Assembly (NCBI RefSeq): GCF_039654945.1
Contig: NW_027361819.1
Span: forward strand, 1,364,001-1,428,000
Direction: 5' to 3'
DNA: 64,000 nucleotides
From: Dendrobates tinctorius
Taxonomy: Eukaryota
In this document: positions 52,214-63,038 of the stretch, in pieces
Layout: each line of letters starts with the position of its first letter
Numbering within the stretch: position 1 is the stretch's first letter
The notes under the pieces: model-generated
The model's database searches: none
What the model was told of the DNA's origin: nothing
The model's input: only the letters and a program-made list of their open reading frames with translations
Position numbers and translations under genes: made by a program

Positions 52214-53863
52214 TTAATTGATGTAAAAAGACATAAATCCATGCGACACGTTCATTCCAGCATTGAGAGTGTCAAAGGTCGTCATAAATTTATACTCACA
52301 GACTCTTCTCTCTCTCTGAGATGAGAAGTTACCTTTCAGTACCAGTAATTTCATATCCATGTTGCTGTGATGAGGCGTACAAAAATGTTTTGCCACAGGT
52401 AGATCCATTCTTTTTTCTCTTATTGTGTGACGATGAGCATTCATCCTTGTTCTAAGCTTTTGCCCTGTCTCCCCCACATACAGACCCCCAGTTGGACATT
52501 TAGTACAAATAATTAAGTATACCACATTAGATGTAATGCAGCTGAAAGTACCTGGGATCTTGTAGTCCTGATGTGAATTGGGGATCTTTATCTTGTCCGT
52601 GGGCATTATAGATGGACAGGTTTTACATTTTTTCTGGTTGCAAGGAAAGGTTCCTCCAGCTGTTGGATAGGACAGGGAGCTTCTGACAATGATGCTTCTT
52701 AGATTTGGGGGCTGCCTAAAACACAGCAGTGGGGAGTCTGGAAAAATGGATTGTAATTGGGCATCTTTTTGTAGTAAAGGTTGTAATTTCCGTGCAGCGC
52801 CCCTTAGCACCTCCAGATTTGGGTTGTAGGTGACTACTAGAGGCACTCGGTTATTTTCTTCTTTAGCTTTGTAATGTAGCAGGTGATTCCTTGACATTCT
52901 GGTGGCTCTTGTAATTTGGTTTTCAATTGTTCTTGGATGGTAACCCTGATTCAAAAAGGTCTTTTTGAGGTGACCAAGGTGTTTGTCTCTATCCATGGGG
53001 TTGGAACATATACGATTGTATCTGATGGCTTGGCTATAGATAATAGAGTTCTTTATGTGTTTTGGATGGAAACTGTCCCATTTAAGGTATGTTGGACGGT
53101 CAATTGGCTTCTGATACAGGGATGTCTCTATTTCATTGTTTTTTAGCTTAATGATGGTGTCCAAAAAGTTAATCTCAGTGCTGGAGTATTTGAGTGTTAA
53201 ATTGATGGTGGGATGAAATTGATTAAACTGTTCGTGGAACGTCTTTAGCTGTTGCTCAGACTCCGTTCAGATGATTAAAATATCATCAATGAAGCGGTAG
53301 TAGGCCAGGGGCCTGATGGGGCATGAGGACAAAAAGTCGCTTTCAAGCTTGGCCATGAAAAGATTTGCATACTGTGGAGTCATTTTACTTCCCATAGCTG
53401 TGCCAGTCTCCTGTAGATAGATTTTGTTGTCAAATTCAAAGTAATTGTGGGTGAGGATGAATTTTATAAGTTTCACCACAGCATCAGCATCAGTCCCTGT
53501 GTTTTCCATAAAGAATTTGCAGGCATTTAATCCATCTTGGTGGGGGATATTAGAGTACAAAGATTCCACATCAATGGTGGCCAGGATGGTTCCTTCTGGT
53601 AGAGGACCTATTGCTGCTAGTTTATTCAATAGGTCTGTTGTGTCCTGAATGTAGCTAGGTGTATCCTTCACCAGTGGTTTTAGAATACCCTCTACCCATC
53701 CAGATACCTGCTCAGTGACGGTGCCCACACATGAAATAATTGGTCTTCCTGGATTTCCAGTTTTGTGGATTTTGGGAAGCATGTAGAATGTCCCTATTCT
53801 TGGACTCTCTGGTATCAGGTCATCACTGACTCTTATGGACTGGTCAGGCAGACAAGATACCAA
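52214..53863 (-). pseudogene. PLE RT + GIY-YIG ORF, 5'-truncated, one in-frame TGA at 53267-53269
   Basis: ORFs 53267-53863 and 52214-53164 share a frame; LPKIHK, PGRPIIS, DVESLYSNI, GTAMGS, RFIDDILII*T (expected W), VVYLIIC..LYVGETG. Confidence 0.93.
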
Positions 53864-54299
53864 CTTGTTTAGTTCCTTGTAATACTACTGTGTAGGATCC
53901 AACTCCAATTTTCTATACCTGAGTAGTCCCGAAAGCTTGCAATGTGTTACCATCTTTTCAGTTAGCCATTAAAAGGTATCAACTACTGAGGACTCTCAAT
54001 TCTGAATATTATTCTATCTACTGGCTAACAGGTACAAAGATATACATCTTTCCTCCACCACTATGCTGTAATATCTGGACGCTGCGGATTGAAGAGTGCG
54101 GCTGTACGTTCAATCCGCAGCAAATCCTGACACAACACGATATGTGGAAACATACTAGAGCTTTCTTCCTAAATGTGGATCAGCATTCAGCAGTGAGCAC
54201 AACCGAGGAGCTGTAGGGGTTAATTATCCTGCACAGACTCTCCGCTTTCCTACTGGGAGGAAACTTTTCCACTTTCAGTTCCTGCTCTTTCCCACTACA

Positions 54300-55865
54300 A
54301 TGGCGTCTGCGGAGCTGAGGGACGAGCTGAACTGCTCCATCTGCCTGAGCCTCTATACAGATCCCGTATCCCTGAGATGTGGACACAACTTCTGCCGCTC
54401 GTGTATTGTGAGTGTGCTGGATGCCCAGGAGGCGGCTGGAGGGTATTCCTGTCCTGACTGCAGAGCAGAATATCCGGAGCGTCCGGCCCTGGAGAAGAAC
54501 CGGAAGCTGAGGAGCATAGTGGAGCGTTTCTCATCTACTCAGTCTGGTATGGAGGAGACCAGGATCTTCTGTACTTACTGTACAAAGTCTCCTGTACCGG
54601 CTGTGAAATCCTGTCTGCAGTGTGAGACCTCTCTATGTGACGACCACCTGACAGCTCACAACAAGACAATGGATCATATATTAATAGATCCCACAAGATC
54701 TTTTTTCAACAAAAAATGTTCCCATCACAAGAAGATTCTGGAGTATTACTGCTCGCAGGACGCGGCTTGTCTGTGTGTGTCTTGCTGTTTGATTGGAGAA
54801 CACCGAGGACACCAGGTGGAACTTCTAGATGAGGCTTCTGAGAAGAAGAAGAAGAAACTGAGGAAATATCTGGATGAACTAAACCCACAAAAAGCAGAAC
54901 TTCAGACAAGAGCCCAGAATCTGCAGGATCGTAAGAGGAAGATCCAGGAGAAAGCCTCCGATAAGAGGAAGAACATCAGTAAGATATTTATGGACATTAA
55001 GAAGCAAGTGGAAATGGCAGAAAAGAAAGCGCTGAGCGAGGTCTCCAGGCAGGAGGAGAAGATTGTGTCCCAGATATCTGATCTGATCAAGAAGCTGGAA
55101 ATACAGGAGGATGAGCTGTCCAGGAAGATGCGTCACGTGGAGGAGATGTGTCGTGTCACCGACCCAATAAGACTCTTACAAGAAAGTGACATTACAGTAT
55201 GTAGTCATGGAGGTGATGAGGACACAGGAGGAGATGGTGGAGAGGTCAGTTCTGAGGAGGATCTGGATGAGGTTCTCATCTCACTGACATTACACCGATC
55301 TATGAGGGATATTGTCACCAATGTAACATCAGAGCTCGGGTTCCATGTCCCAGACATATTGCTGGATGTTGATACTGCTCATAGAAGGGTGAAGATATCA
55401 GAAGATCTGAAAACGGCAACAAGTTCAGAAGAAAAACAGATGAGACCAGAATCACCAGGAAGATTTGTGAATTACTCCCAAGTCTTAAGCAGATGTGGCC
55501 TCTCCTCAGGACGACATTACTGGGAGGTAGAGTGGAACCAGATAGGAGTCTGTGAATTGGGAATGTCCTATCCCAATATAGAAAGGGAAGAAGAGTCTGC
55601 TATTGGATCTAATGATAAATCTTGGTGTCTGGGTATGTATAATGGAGGATATAAAGTATGGCACAACTTCAATGCATTAACCCTCAGTGTAAAACAAACA
55701 TGTCCAACACTTGGAGTCTTCTTAGACTATGAGGCCGGGCTTCTGTCCTTCTATGAGCTGTGTGACCCCATCAGACACTTACACACCTTCACCGCCTCCT
55801 TCACTGAACCCCTACATGTCGTCTTCTATGTGAATGATGGGGCCTCTGTTACAATAAGAAGCTGA
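54300..55865 (+). CDS. TRIM E3 ligase RING-B1-B2-CC-PRY/SPRY, copy 3, 521 aa
   Basis: Intact ORF with all domain motifs. Confidence 0.96.
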   Translation: MASAELRDELNCSICLSLYTDPVSLRCGHNFCRSCIVSVLDAQEAAGGYSCPDCRAEYPERPALEKNRKLRSIVERFSSTQSGMEETRIFCTYCTKSPVPAVKSCLQCETSLCDDHLTAHNKTMDHILIDPTRSFFNKKCSHHKKILEYYCSQDAACLCVSCCLIGEHRGHQVELLDEASEKKKKKLRKYLDELNPQKAELQTRAQNLQDRKRKIQEKASDKRKNISKIFMDIKKQVEMAEKKALSEVSRQEEKIVSQISDLIKKLEIQEDELSRKMRHVEEMCRVTDPIRLLQESDITVCSHGGDEDTGGDGGEVSSEEDLDEVLISLTLHRSMRDIVTNVTSELGFHVPDILLDVDTAHRRVKISEDLKTATSSEEKQMRPESPGRFVNYSQVLSRCGLSSGRHYWEVEWNQIGVCELGMSYPNIEREEESAIGSNDKSWCLGMYNGGYKVWHNFNALTLSVKQTCPTLGVFLDYEAGLLSFYELCDPIRHLHTFTASFTEPLHVVFYVNDGASVTIRS

Positions 55866-57659
55866 GGCCGATGTTGTCCTCGTCACATTATAATGACATT
55901 ATTCCTTGTCACATGGACACATCTGTATATAGTGAGTTATCAGCGGGACCCTCTAATAATACAATGTATATGGCGGAGTCATGGGGGGATTGTTCCTATT
56001 GTTTTTTCCTCTTCCCTGTAGATCAGATGCAGAATCAATGATTGAGCAGAATGTGAATATTAATGGGTGAATTGTCCTGAGACTGGTAATTGTTATTCAG
56101 TAAAGGGTTAATCCTATCTGATACAGTGCTGGTCTATAGCTGGGATATGTCAGCACTCTCTGACTCCCGGGACCCCCACCGATCCTGAGAATAAAGGGGC
56201 TGCAGCATTAGTTCAGCCTCCTGCACATCGGAGCTCTGGACTCCACCGGTGCAGGAGCTGCAGTACGGCCGCAGTGGATGGGGGGCACATCGGGGGTCCG
56301 GAGGGCCGCTGTGCAGGGTAAACGGAGGGGACACAGCACTAAATCAGCTCTGTGGCCCTTCCATTCTCAGGGTCTGTGATATATGGAAAGTATAGACCAT
56401 AAATATATAATAGGTACAAATTCTACGTACAGGACTCATCTCCACCAATCCGCTCTCGGTGTCCTGAGAAGTTTCTGTTGTATTTTTTCTGAATAAAAAA
56501 ATGCAGCGTCTTAGACTATGTTCACATATTGCATTTTTGCTGCGTTTTTTTTTTCTAAACAGGCACAATCTGCTCTCCTGGCAGTAAGAAACTTGCAGAT
56601 CTTGCTTAGTTTTTGTTGCATTTCTTTCCTGTGTTTTTGTACATTTATTTCTTGCTGATAAAGTTTAGTGCATAAAAAAATCTAATCCACCATCAGGTTC
56701 TGGCACCAAAAAAGTGGTAAAACCTGATCCCTGCGTCTTTTCAGCGTTTTTGCACCACCCATTGCTTTCTATTGGTGAAAAACACTGGGAAAATGCTGAG
56801 ACGTGACCGGCTGCATCCTGCAAAATCCGAGGTATTCCACAAAATACTGAGGACACAGACCGAGCCGTGTGCAGGAGAATTCTGACATCTCATAGACTTT
56901 ACTGGGACAGTAAAACGCAGATAAAATTTGCATTAAAAAAACAGAAAAAAATTAACGTGTGAACATGAACATAGCCTTACAGTTCTAGCAAAGTGGATGA
57001 GATTTCTAGAGATTTCTTCCCTCTGTGCTTCCTTTTTGTTTCCGCACTGTGTCAGTTCCTCTCGCGGCTCTGCTGAGTTTTGTGTAGATTTTCTCCATAG
57101 AATTGTATTACGGTAGATGTGGAAAATCTGTGGAATAAAACACATGATCCCATGACCGTGTCAGAGTTTTGTCAAATTCTAGCAAGTTTCAAAAACAAAG
57201 CAGCTTTATTTAAAGCATGACAAACCACAAAGACAAAAACCACAAAATCAAAAATGTGATGAAAACACATATAGGGTAAGTGGACACGTAGTTTTTAGGG
57301 TGTGTGAATTTTGTAGGAAAATCTGCAGGTAAATCCCCAGGACTTCTGCGGATTAGCCTGCGGTTTCACACCTCATAATGATAAGGTGTAAAACCGCAGC
57401 GGAAACCGCACAAAGAATTGACATGCTGCGGATTGTAACCCACAGCAAAACCGCGCGGAAAAATCCGCAGCATGTGCACATACCCATAAAAAGCCGCACT
57501 CCAAAATGTAATTTAGCTAATTAGTGCAGAAAATCTACATCGGAAACTCCCCGATTCCTCCTCTCGGGCATGTGGCCTCAGGCTGAGTTCACACTGAGTT
57601 TTCTCTACAAGGATTTAGAAAGAGATTCTGCTCCTAAAACCTCATAGAACTCTGCGCAG

Positions 57660-59130
57660 TAGTGAGGTGATCGTCCTCGTGTAGACGGCTGCTGCACCTG
57701 TGAAAGCCGACTCATTAAAACAATGGCGAGGCAAAAAATAAGAAAAGAAATGCTTGTGTCTCGTTGCCCGAAGGGTTTTATATTTCTTAAATATCATAGT
57801 TGATTTCTTGGGAATTATATTCTTTAGAATCAGATCGCCACGGACAATGAACCAATGCCGGCATAATATCTTCCTAGCGGAGGCTCGGCCTTCACTATGG
57901 GAGGTGATGAGATAAAATAGAAATTCGGCCATATTTTCAGTAGTTTTAGCATTTTTCCTTATCTAATCTCCTGTCCTTTTCTCTTTACTACATTCCTTCT
58001 GGGACGTCCGTCTGGTCTTCCTCTAGGCGTCTGTAAGGATATCTTCAGGGCAGCCATTAGTCAGAAACCTCTCTTTGTAGGAGACGTGCCTGTGTATTAG
58101 GCCACATCTAAGGTGCCATTCTTTCTGATCCCCCGATACTGGCAGTGTAGGACATGTTTTATCCACTCCGGGAGACAACACCACCAAATTCTAGAAAGCT
58201 GATAATATCCACATTTCTAAGTAATATGTATGATACAATCTTGTCTGTAGGATCTTGTGTGATTGTGAGATCCAGAAATTGGACAGAAGAATAGGCCGTA
58301 TTAAACACCAGACCTCACGGGGTCAATGTCAATCACTGAACACAACATTCAGCTTCATGAACAGTAACTGAGCAAATGAGAAATAAATCATCAATAAAAG
58401 GTTTATAAAAACAGATGCGAGCAATGAACAGGGACTCAAAATGCCCCAGTAACAAGTTTACATTACCGGGCGTGAAACGAGACCCCATCGCACAACCCCT
58501 CGTCTGCCGGTAGGTCACATCCCCAAAGGAAAAATCATTGTGGTTCTAAATAAATCTAATACCCTGGATCACAACCCCAATCTGATCCCAGGAAAGTTCT
58601 GTTATTGTACAAATATATTTCTATGGCTTCTACACCCAAATTAGGCTGAATATTAGAGTCTAAAGAAATTACATCTAAAGTGAAAATTACACCGTGAGAT
58701 GGTTCAGATGTGACCGAATTCATCTATAAGATGGGAAGAATCCTGTGAAAGCGATGGTGATTGTGAAAGAAAGGACGGAAGAAATAAATCAATGTAGTGG
58801 GATAAATTACAAGTGATTGACCCGATCCCCGAAATGATGGGACGTCTGGGGATTATTAATATCTTTATGCAGGTTTGGCAAATAATAACCATGAGGTATT
58901 TGTATAGTTCTTCATTAATAACAAATCTCTGTCTCTTATGTAGAATTTCCGCCCGCTCTGCTGCTAAAATCACATTCCGATACTGGATAAATGGCAATCA
59001 GAGGAAATAGTCTGATAATGTCTTATCCCCGATATTCGCTGGGATTCAGAGATGTTTGCAGTGAGATCCCAGATAGCGGCTCCTCCACCTTCATCAGCGG
59101 CCCTTATAATTGTATCCCCAGTGCTCCTTA
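57660..59130 (-). pseudogene. Decayed Penelope-like RT relic (copy 5, least interrupted)
   Basis: IIRAADEGGG, RPIISGIGS..HYIDLFL, GCAMGS, KPFIDDLFLI, RKILCRHW. Confidence 0.8.
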
Positions 59131-61469
59131 ACCCCTTCACGACATATGATGAACAGTTACGCCGTATGTCGGGTCCCTGCCTGTGATGGGGGATACGGAC
59201 ACAATGATTGTAATACACATGTAACGCTGAGGCCGTGTTCACACTTAGTGTAGATGCTGCGTTTATTTGCTGAAGATGTGAATCCGCCTTTTTAACAGTT
59301 TTTAATAGTGTAGAAAAGCTTTGATTCTGAGCTTAAAAATGCAGCAGCGTTATTTTACATGCTTTTCTTTAGGCTCCAAATAGAAGTCTATAGAGGGGAC
59401 GAAGATTTCAGGAGATCACGTTCACTTTGCTCAGACATTTAGACCATGTTCCCATGTAGCAGAAATGTAGATTTTTTTCTGCACAGAAATTCTGCTGTTT
59501 ATCTCCAAGCAAAGTGGATGTGATTTCATGAAAATTGCGCCCCCCGGTGGCCTAAAGACGCTGCTGAATTCTGCAGATTTCTTCTCTCTTGTCTTCTATG
59601 TGAAGCCTAAAAAAACACAAGTAAAAGACTGCAGATACTTTATTAAGTTCAGAATCAAAGCTTTTCTGTACTATAAAAAGAACACATTAAAAACGCGGCT
59701 TCTAGTGATGAGAGAACGTGCTCGGTAAGGTGTTATCTGAGCATGCTCGGGTGCTAACAGAGTGTCTTCAGCGTGCTCCAAATATATATTAGAGTCCTCA
59801 AGGCTTTTAGACAACCACAAGACATGATGGGAATGCCCGTTTGTTAGCCAGCCGACCTGGAGACAGCGGACAGTCCAGGCTGTCTACTGATTGTCTCCTG
59901 CCAGGGTAGAATGAAATGGTAAATGGGCGTGGTTAGGGGTGTGGCCATGGGCGTGGGTAACCTTTGCCAGGCGCACTGTGCGCAGCATAATTTCTTCCTC
60001 TTTCTGTTCTTAAACAGTTGGGAATGCTGAACATGTGAGCGTGGCCTTAGACACAGCGGGCAGCAGTTCTCATGAAATCACATCCACTTTGTTTGCACAG
60101 TTAGGTCGTGTTCACACGTAGCAGAAATGCTGCTTTTTTTCTGCAGAAAATCTGCTGCGTTTAACTGTCCAAGCAAAGTGGATGTGATTTCATGTGACCT
60201 CCTGCCCGCTGTGGTCTAAAGACGCTGCTGAACGCTGCAGTCTTGGGGCGTTTTATCTTTATGAGGAGCCTGAAAAAGACACAAAAAAGACACAGTTGTA
60301 TTTTTAATGCAGAATCAAAGATTTTCTGTTGTACAAAAACATTAAAAACGCGGCTTCACATCTGCACCAAAAACAATCAAAAGGAAAAAAGGCATAAAAA
60401 ACCCCGGCAAAACCACAATAATGACAGATTGTTATTGTGCAGTTTGGTGCACAAGTAGATAAGAAGCAACAGAGGAAAACGCAACAGTTACGCTACATGT
60501 GAACACGGCCGTACAGAAAGGATTGGAAAAATGGTTGTTAAAAAGCGCAACATCTCACAAGAAAGAGAAACCTCATATAACGAAGAGGAAAAGTTCTCGC
60601 TGCTACAACTATGAATGAACAAAAATAATAAATGCACAGGTCCCAACCGTCCCGGATACGGCGGACAGTCCCGGATTTGGGTCTGCGTCCCGCTGTCCCA
60701 GGCGTCTGCTGAATGTCCCCCACCGCCCCTCTGACATCTGTCCGTGGTTCTCACAGATGGACTATAACAGGTACATGGTTTATGGGGCTGTTCACATGTC
60801 CGTGTTTTTTGTGGGACGAGTGGTCTGCAAAACATCCGGCAACATGTTCATTATTTATACAAATTAAACTGAACAATTCACGTCTATGAGTCTGAAAAAT
60901 AATCACAGACGGCGTCAGTGCGACTAACATTGTATCAGACAGGAGAAGCTTCACCCTCATCTGTGAAAATCACCAATAAAACACTGATGGTAAAAACTGA
61001 CCGAACACTGATGAAAATGAGAACAAAACCACTGATGGACAACGGCTCGTGATTTCACTGATGTGTGAATAAGACCTAACGATGAGTCCTTCATCAGCCA
61101 CATACAGCGTCGCCTGCCGGACCCCAAATGTATATTTCAGCCTGATAGGAAGAGGTGGAGATGGATTTTACTTCACCCAACTCAAAATTTGTGAAGACTC
61201 TTCTTATTATGCACTGAAGTTTTATGGGTTATCTGCTTACTTCTCCTGCATCATACTGGTGGTGGATTATGTTCATAATAAGACCAGGTGGAATCACTCC
61301 AACTCCTAATCCTACACCAGATCCTCATGACTGATCGTTGGTTTCTTTCTAAGTTGGATTCAGCAATGATCACAACCATGGAGCTGAAGGCTTAATTATT
61401 CTCACAATCCTCCTCCCTTCTTATGGAAAGGAACTTTTTAGCTTTTGGTTCCTGCTCTTTCCCGCTACA

Positions 61470-63038
61470 ATGGCGTCTGCGGAGCTGAGGGACGAGCTGA
61501 ACTGCTCCATCTGCCTGAGCCTCTATACAGATCCCGTATCCCTGAGATGTGGACACAACTTCTGCCGCTCGTGTATTGTGAGTGTGTTGGATGCCCAGAA
61601 GGCGGCTGAAGGGTATTTTTGTCCTGACTGCAGAGCAGAATATCCGGAGCGTCCGGCCCTGAAGAAGAACCGGAAGTTGCAGAACATAGTGGAGCGTTTC
61701 TCATCTACTCAGCCTGGTATGGAGGAGACCAGGATCTCCTGTACTTACTGTACAAAGTCTCCTGTACGGGCTGTGAAATCCTGTTTGCAGTGTGAGAATA
61801 CTTTCTGTAATGACCACCTGAATGTCCACAACAAGACATTAGATCACATATTAATAGATCCTACAAGATCTTTTGGTAACAAAAAATGTTCCCACCACAA
61901 GAAGCTTCTGGAGTACTACTGCCTGCAGGACGCGGCTTGTCTGTGTGTGTCTTGCTGTCTGGTTGGCGAACACCGTGGACATCTGGTGGAACTTCTAGAT
62001 GAGGCTTCTGAGAAGAAGAAGATGAAACTGATGGAATATCATAATAAACTAAATCCACAAAAAGGAGAACTTCAGACAAAAGTCCAATATCTGCAGGATC
62101 ATAAGTGGAATATCCAGGAGAAAGCCTCCGATGAGAGGAACAACGTCAGGAAGATATTCAATGCCATTAGGAAGCAAGTGGAAATGGCAGAAAAGAAAGC
62201 GCTGAGTGAGGTCTCCAGGCAGGAGGAGAAGATTGTGTCTAAGATATCTGATCTGATCAAGAAGCTGGAAATACAGGAGGAAGAGCTGTCCAGGAAGATG
62301 CGTCACGTGGAGGAGATGTGTCGTGTCACCGACCCAATAAGACTCTTACAAGAAAGTGACATTACAGTATGTAGTCATGGAGGTGATGAGGACACAGAGG
62401 AAGATGGTGGAGAGGTCAGTTCTGAGGAGGCTCTGGATGAGGTTCTGATCTCACTGACCTTACACCGATCTATGCGGGATATTGTCACCAATGTGACATC
62501 AGAGCTCGGATTCCATGTCCCAGACATATTACTGGAGGTGGACACTGCTCATAGATGTGTGAAGGTATCAGAAGATCTGAAAACAGCAGCAGATTCAGAT
62601 AAAGAACAGGTGAGACCAGAATCACCAGGGAGATTTTTGACTTACTCCCAAGTGTTAAGCAGATGTGGCCTCTCCTCAGGACGACATTACTGGGAGGTAG
62701 AGTGGAACCAGAAAGGAACATATGAATTGGGAATGTCCTATCCCAGTATAGAAAAGAAAAGAAAGGAGTCTGGTATGGGATATAATGATAAATCTTGGTG
62801 TCTGTGTATGTATGATGGAGAATATAAAGTATATCACAACTCAGATGAACTAACCCTCAATGTAAAGCCAAAATGTCCAATACTTGGGGTCTTCTTAGAC
62901 TATGAGGCCGGGCTTCTGTCCTTCTATGAGCTGTGTGACCCCATCAGACACTTACACACCTTCACTGCCTCCTTCACTGAACCCCTACATGTCGTCTTCT
63001 GTGTGGATGATGGGGCCTCTGTTACAATAAGAAGCTGA
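61470..63038 (+). CDS. TRIM E3 ligase RING-B1-B2-CC-PRY/SPRY, copy 4, 522 aa
   Basis: Intact ORF with all domain motifs. Confidence 0.96.
   Translation: MASAELRDELNCSICLSLYTDPVSLRCGHNFCRSCIVSVLDAQKAAEGYFCPDCRAEYPERPALKKNRKLQNIVERFSSTQPGMEETRISCTYCTKSPVRAVKSCLQCENTFCNDHLNVHNKTLDHILIDPTRSFGNKKCSHHKKLLEYYCLQDAACLCVSCCLVGEHRGHLVELLDEASEKKKMKLMEYHNKLNPQKGELQTKVQYLQDHKWNIQEKASDERNNVRKIFNAIRKQVEMAEKKALSEVSRQEEKIVSKISDLIKKLEIQEEELSRKMRHVEEMCRVTDPIRLLQESDITVCSHGGDEDTEEDGGEVSSEEALDEVLISLTLHRSMRDIVTNVTSELGFHVPDILLEVDTAHRCVKVSEDLKTAADSDKEQVRPESPGRFLTYSQVLSRCGLSSGRHYWEVEWNQKGTYELGMSYPSIEKKRKESGMGYNDKSWCLCMYDGEYKVYHNSDELTLNVKPKCPILGVFLDYEAGLLSFYELCDPIRHLHTFTASFTEPLHVVFCVDDGASVTIRS

Larger units (their letters stand above)
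51910..54054 (-). mobile_element. Young 5'-truncated Penelope-like element with inverted pLTR at its 5' end
   Basis: 13-bp TSD CCACCACTATGCT (51897-51909, 54055-54067); 51910-51967 is the inverted repeat of 53917-53974. Confidence 0.92.
50122..54156. mobile_element. Nest of at least five Harbinger-type MITEs (approx 50122-51263, 50374-50795, 50799-51151, 51267-51622, 51626-54156), the last split by a PLE
   Basis: Successive GGGTRYGTGCACAC-type TIR pairs separated by TTA/TAA trinucleotides; boundaries approximate. Confidence 0.65.

Noticed and set aside
61065-61100. Minus-strand CTGATGA followed by a short stem
   Set aside because: No GAAA box after the stem, so not a hammerhead
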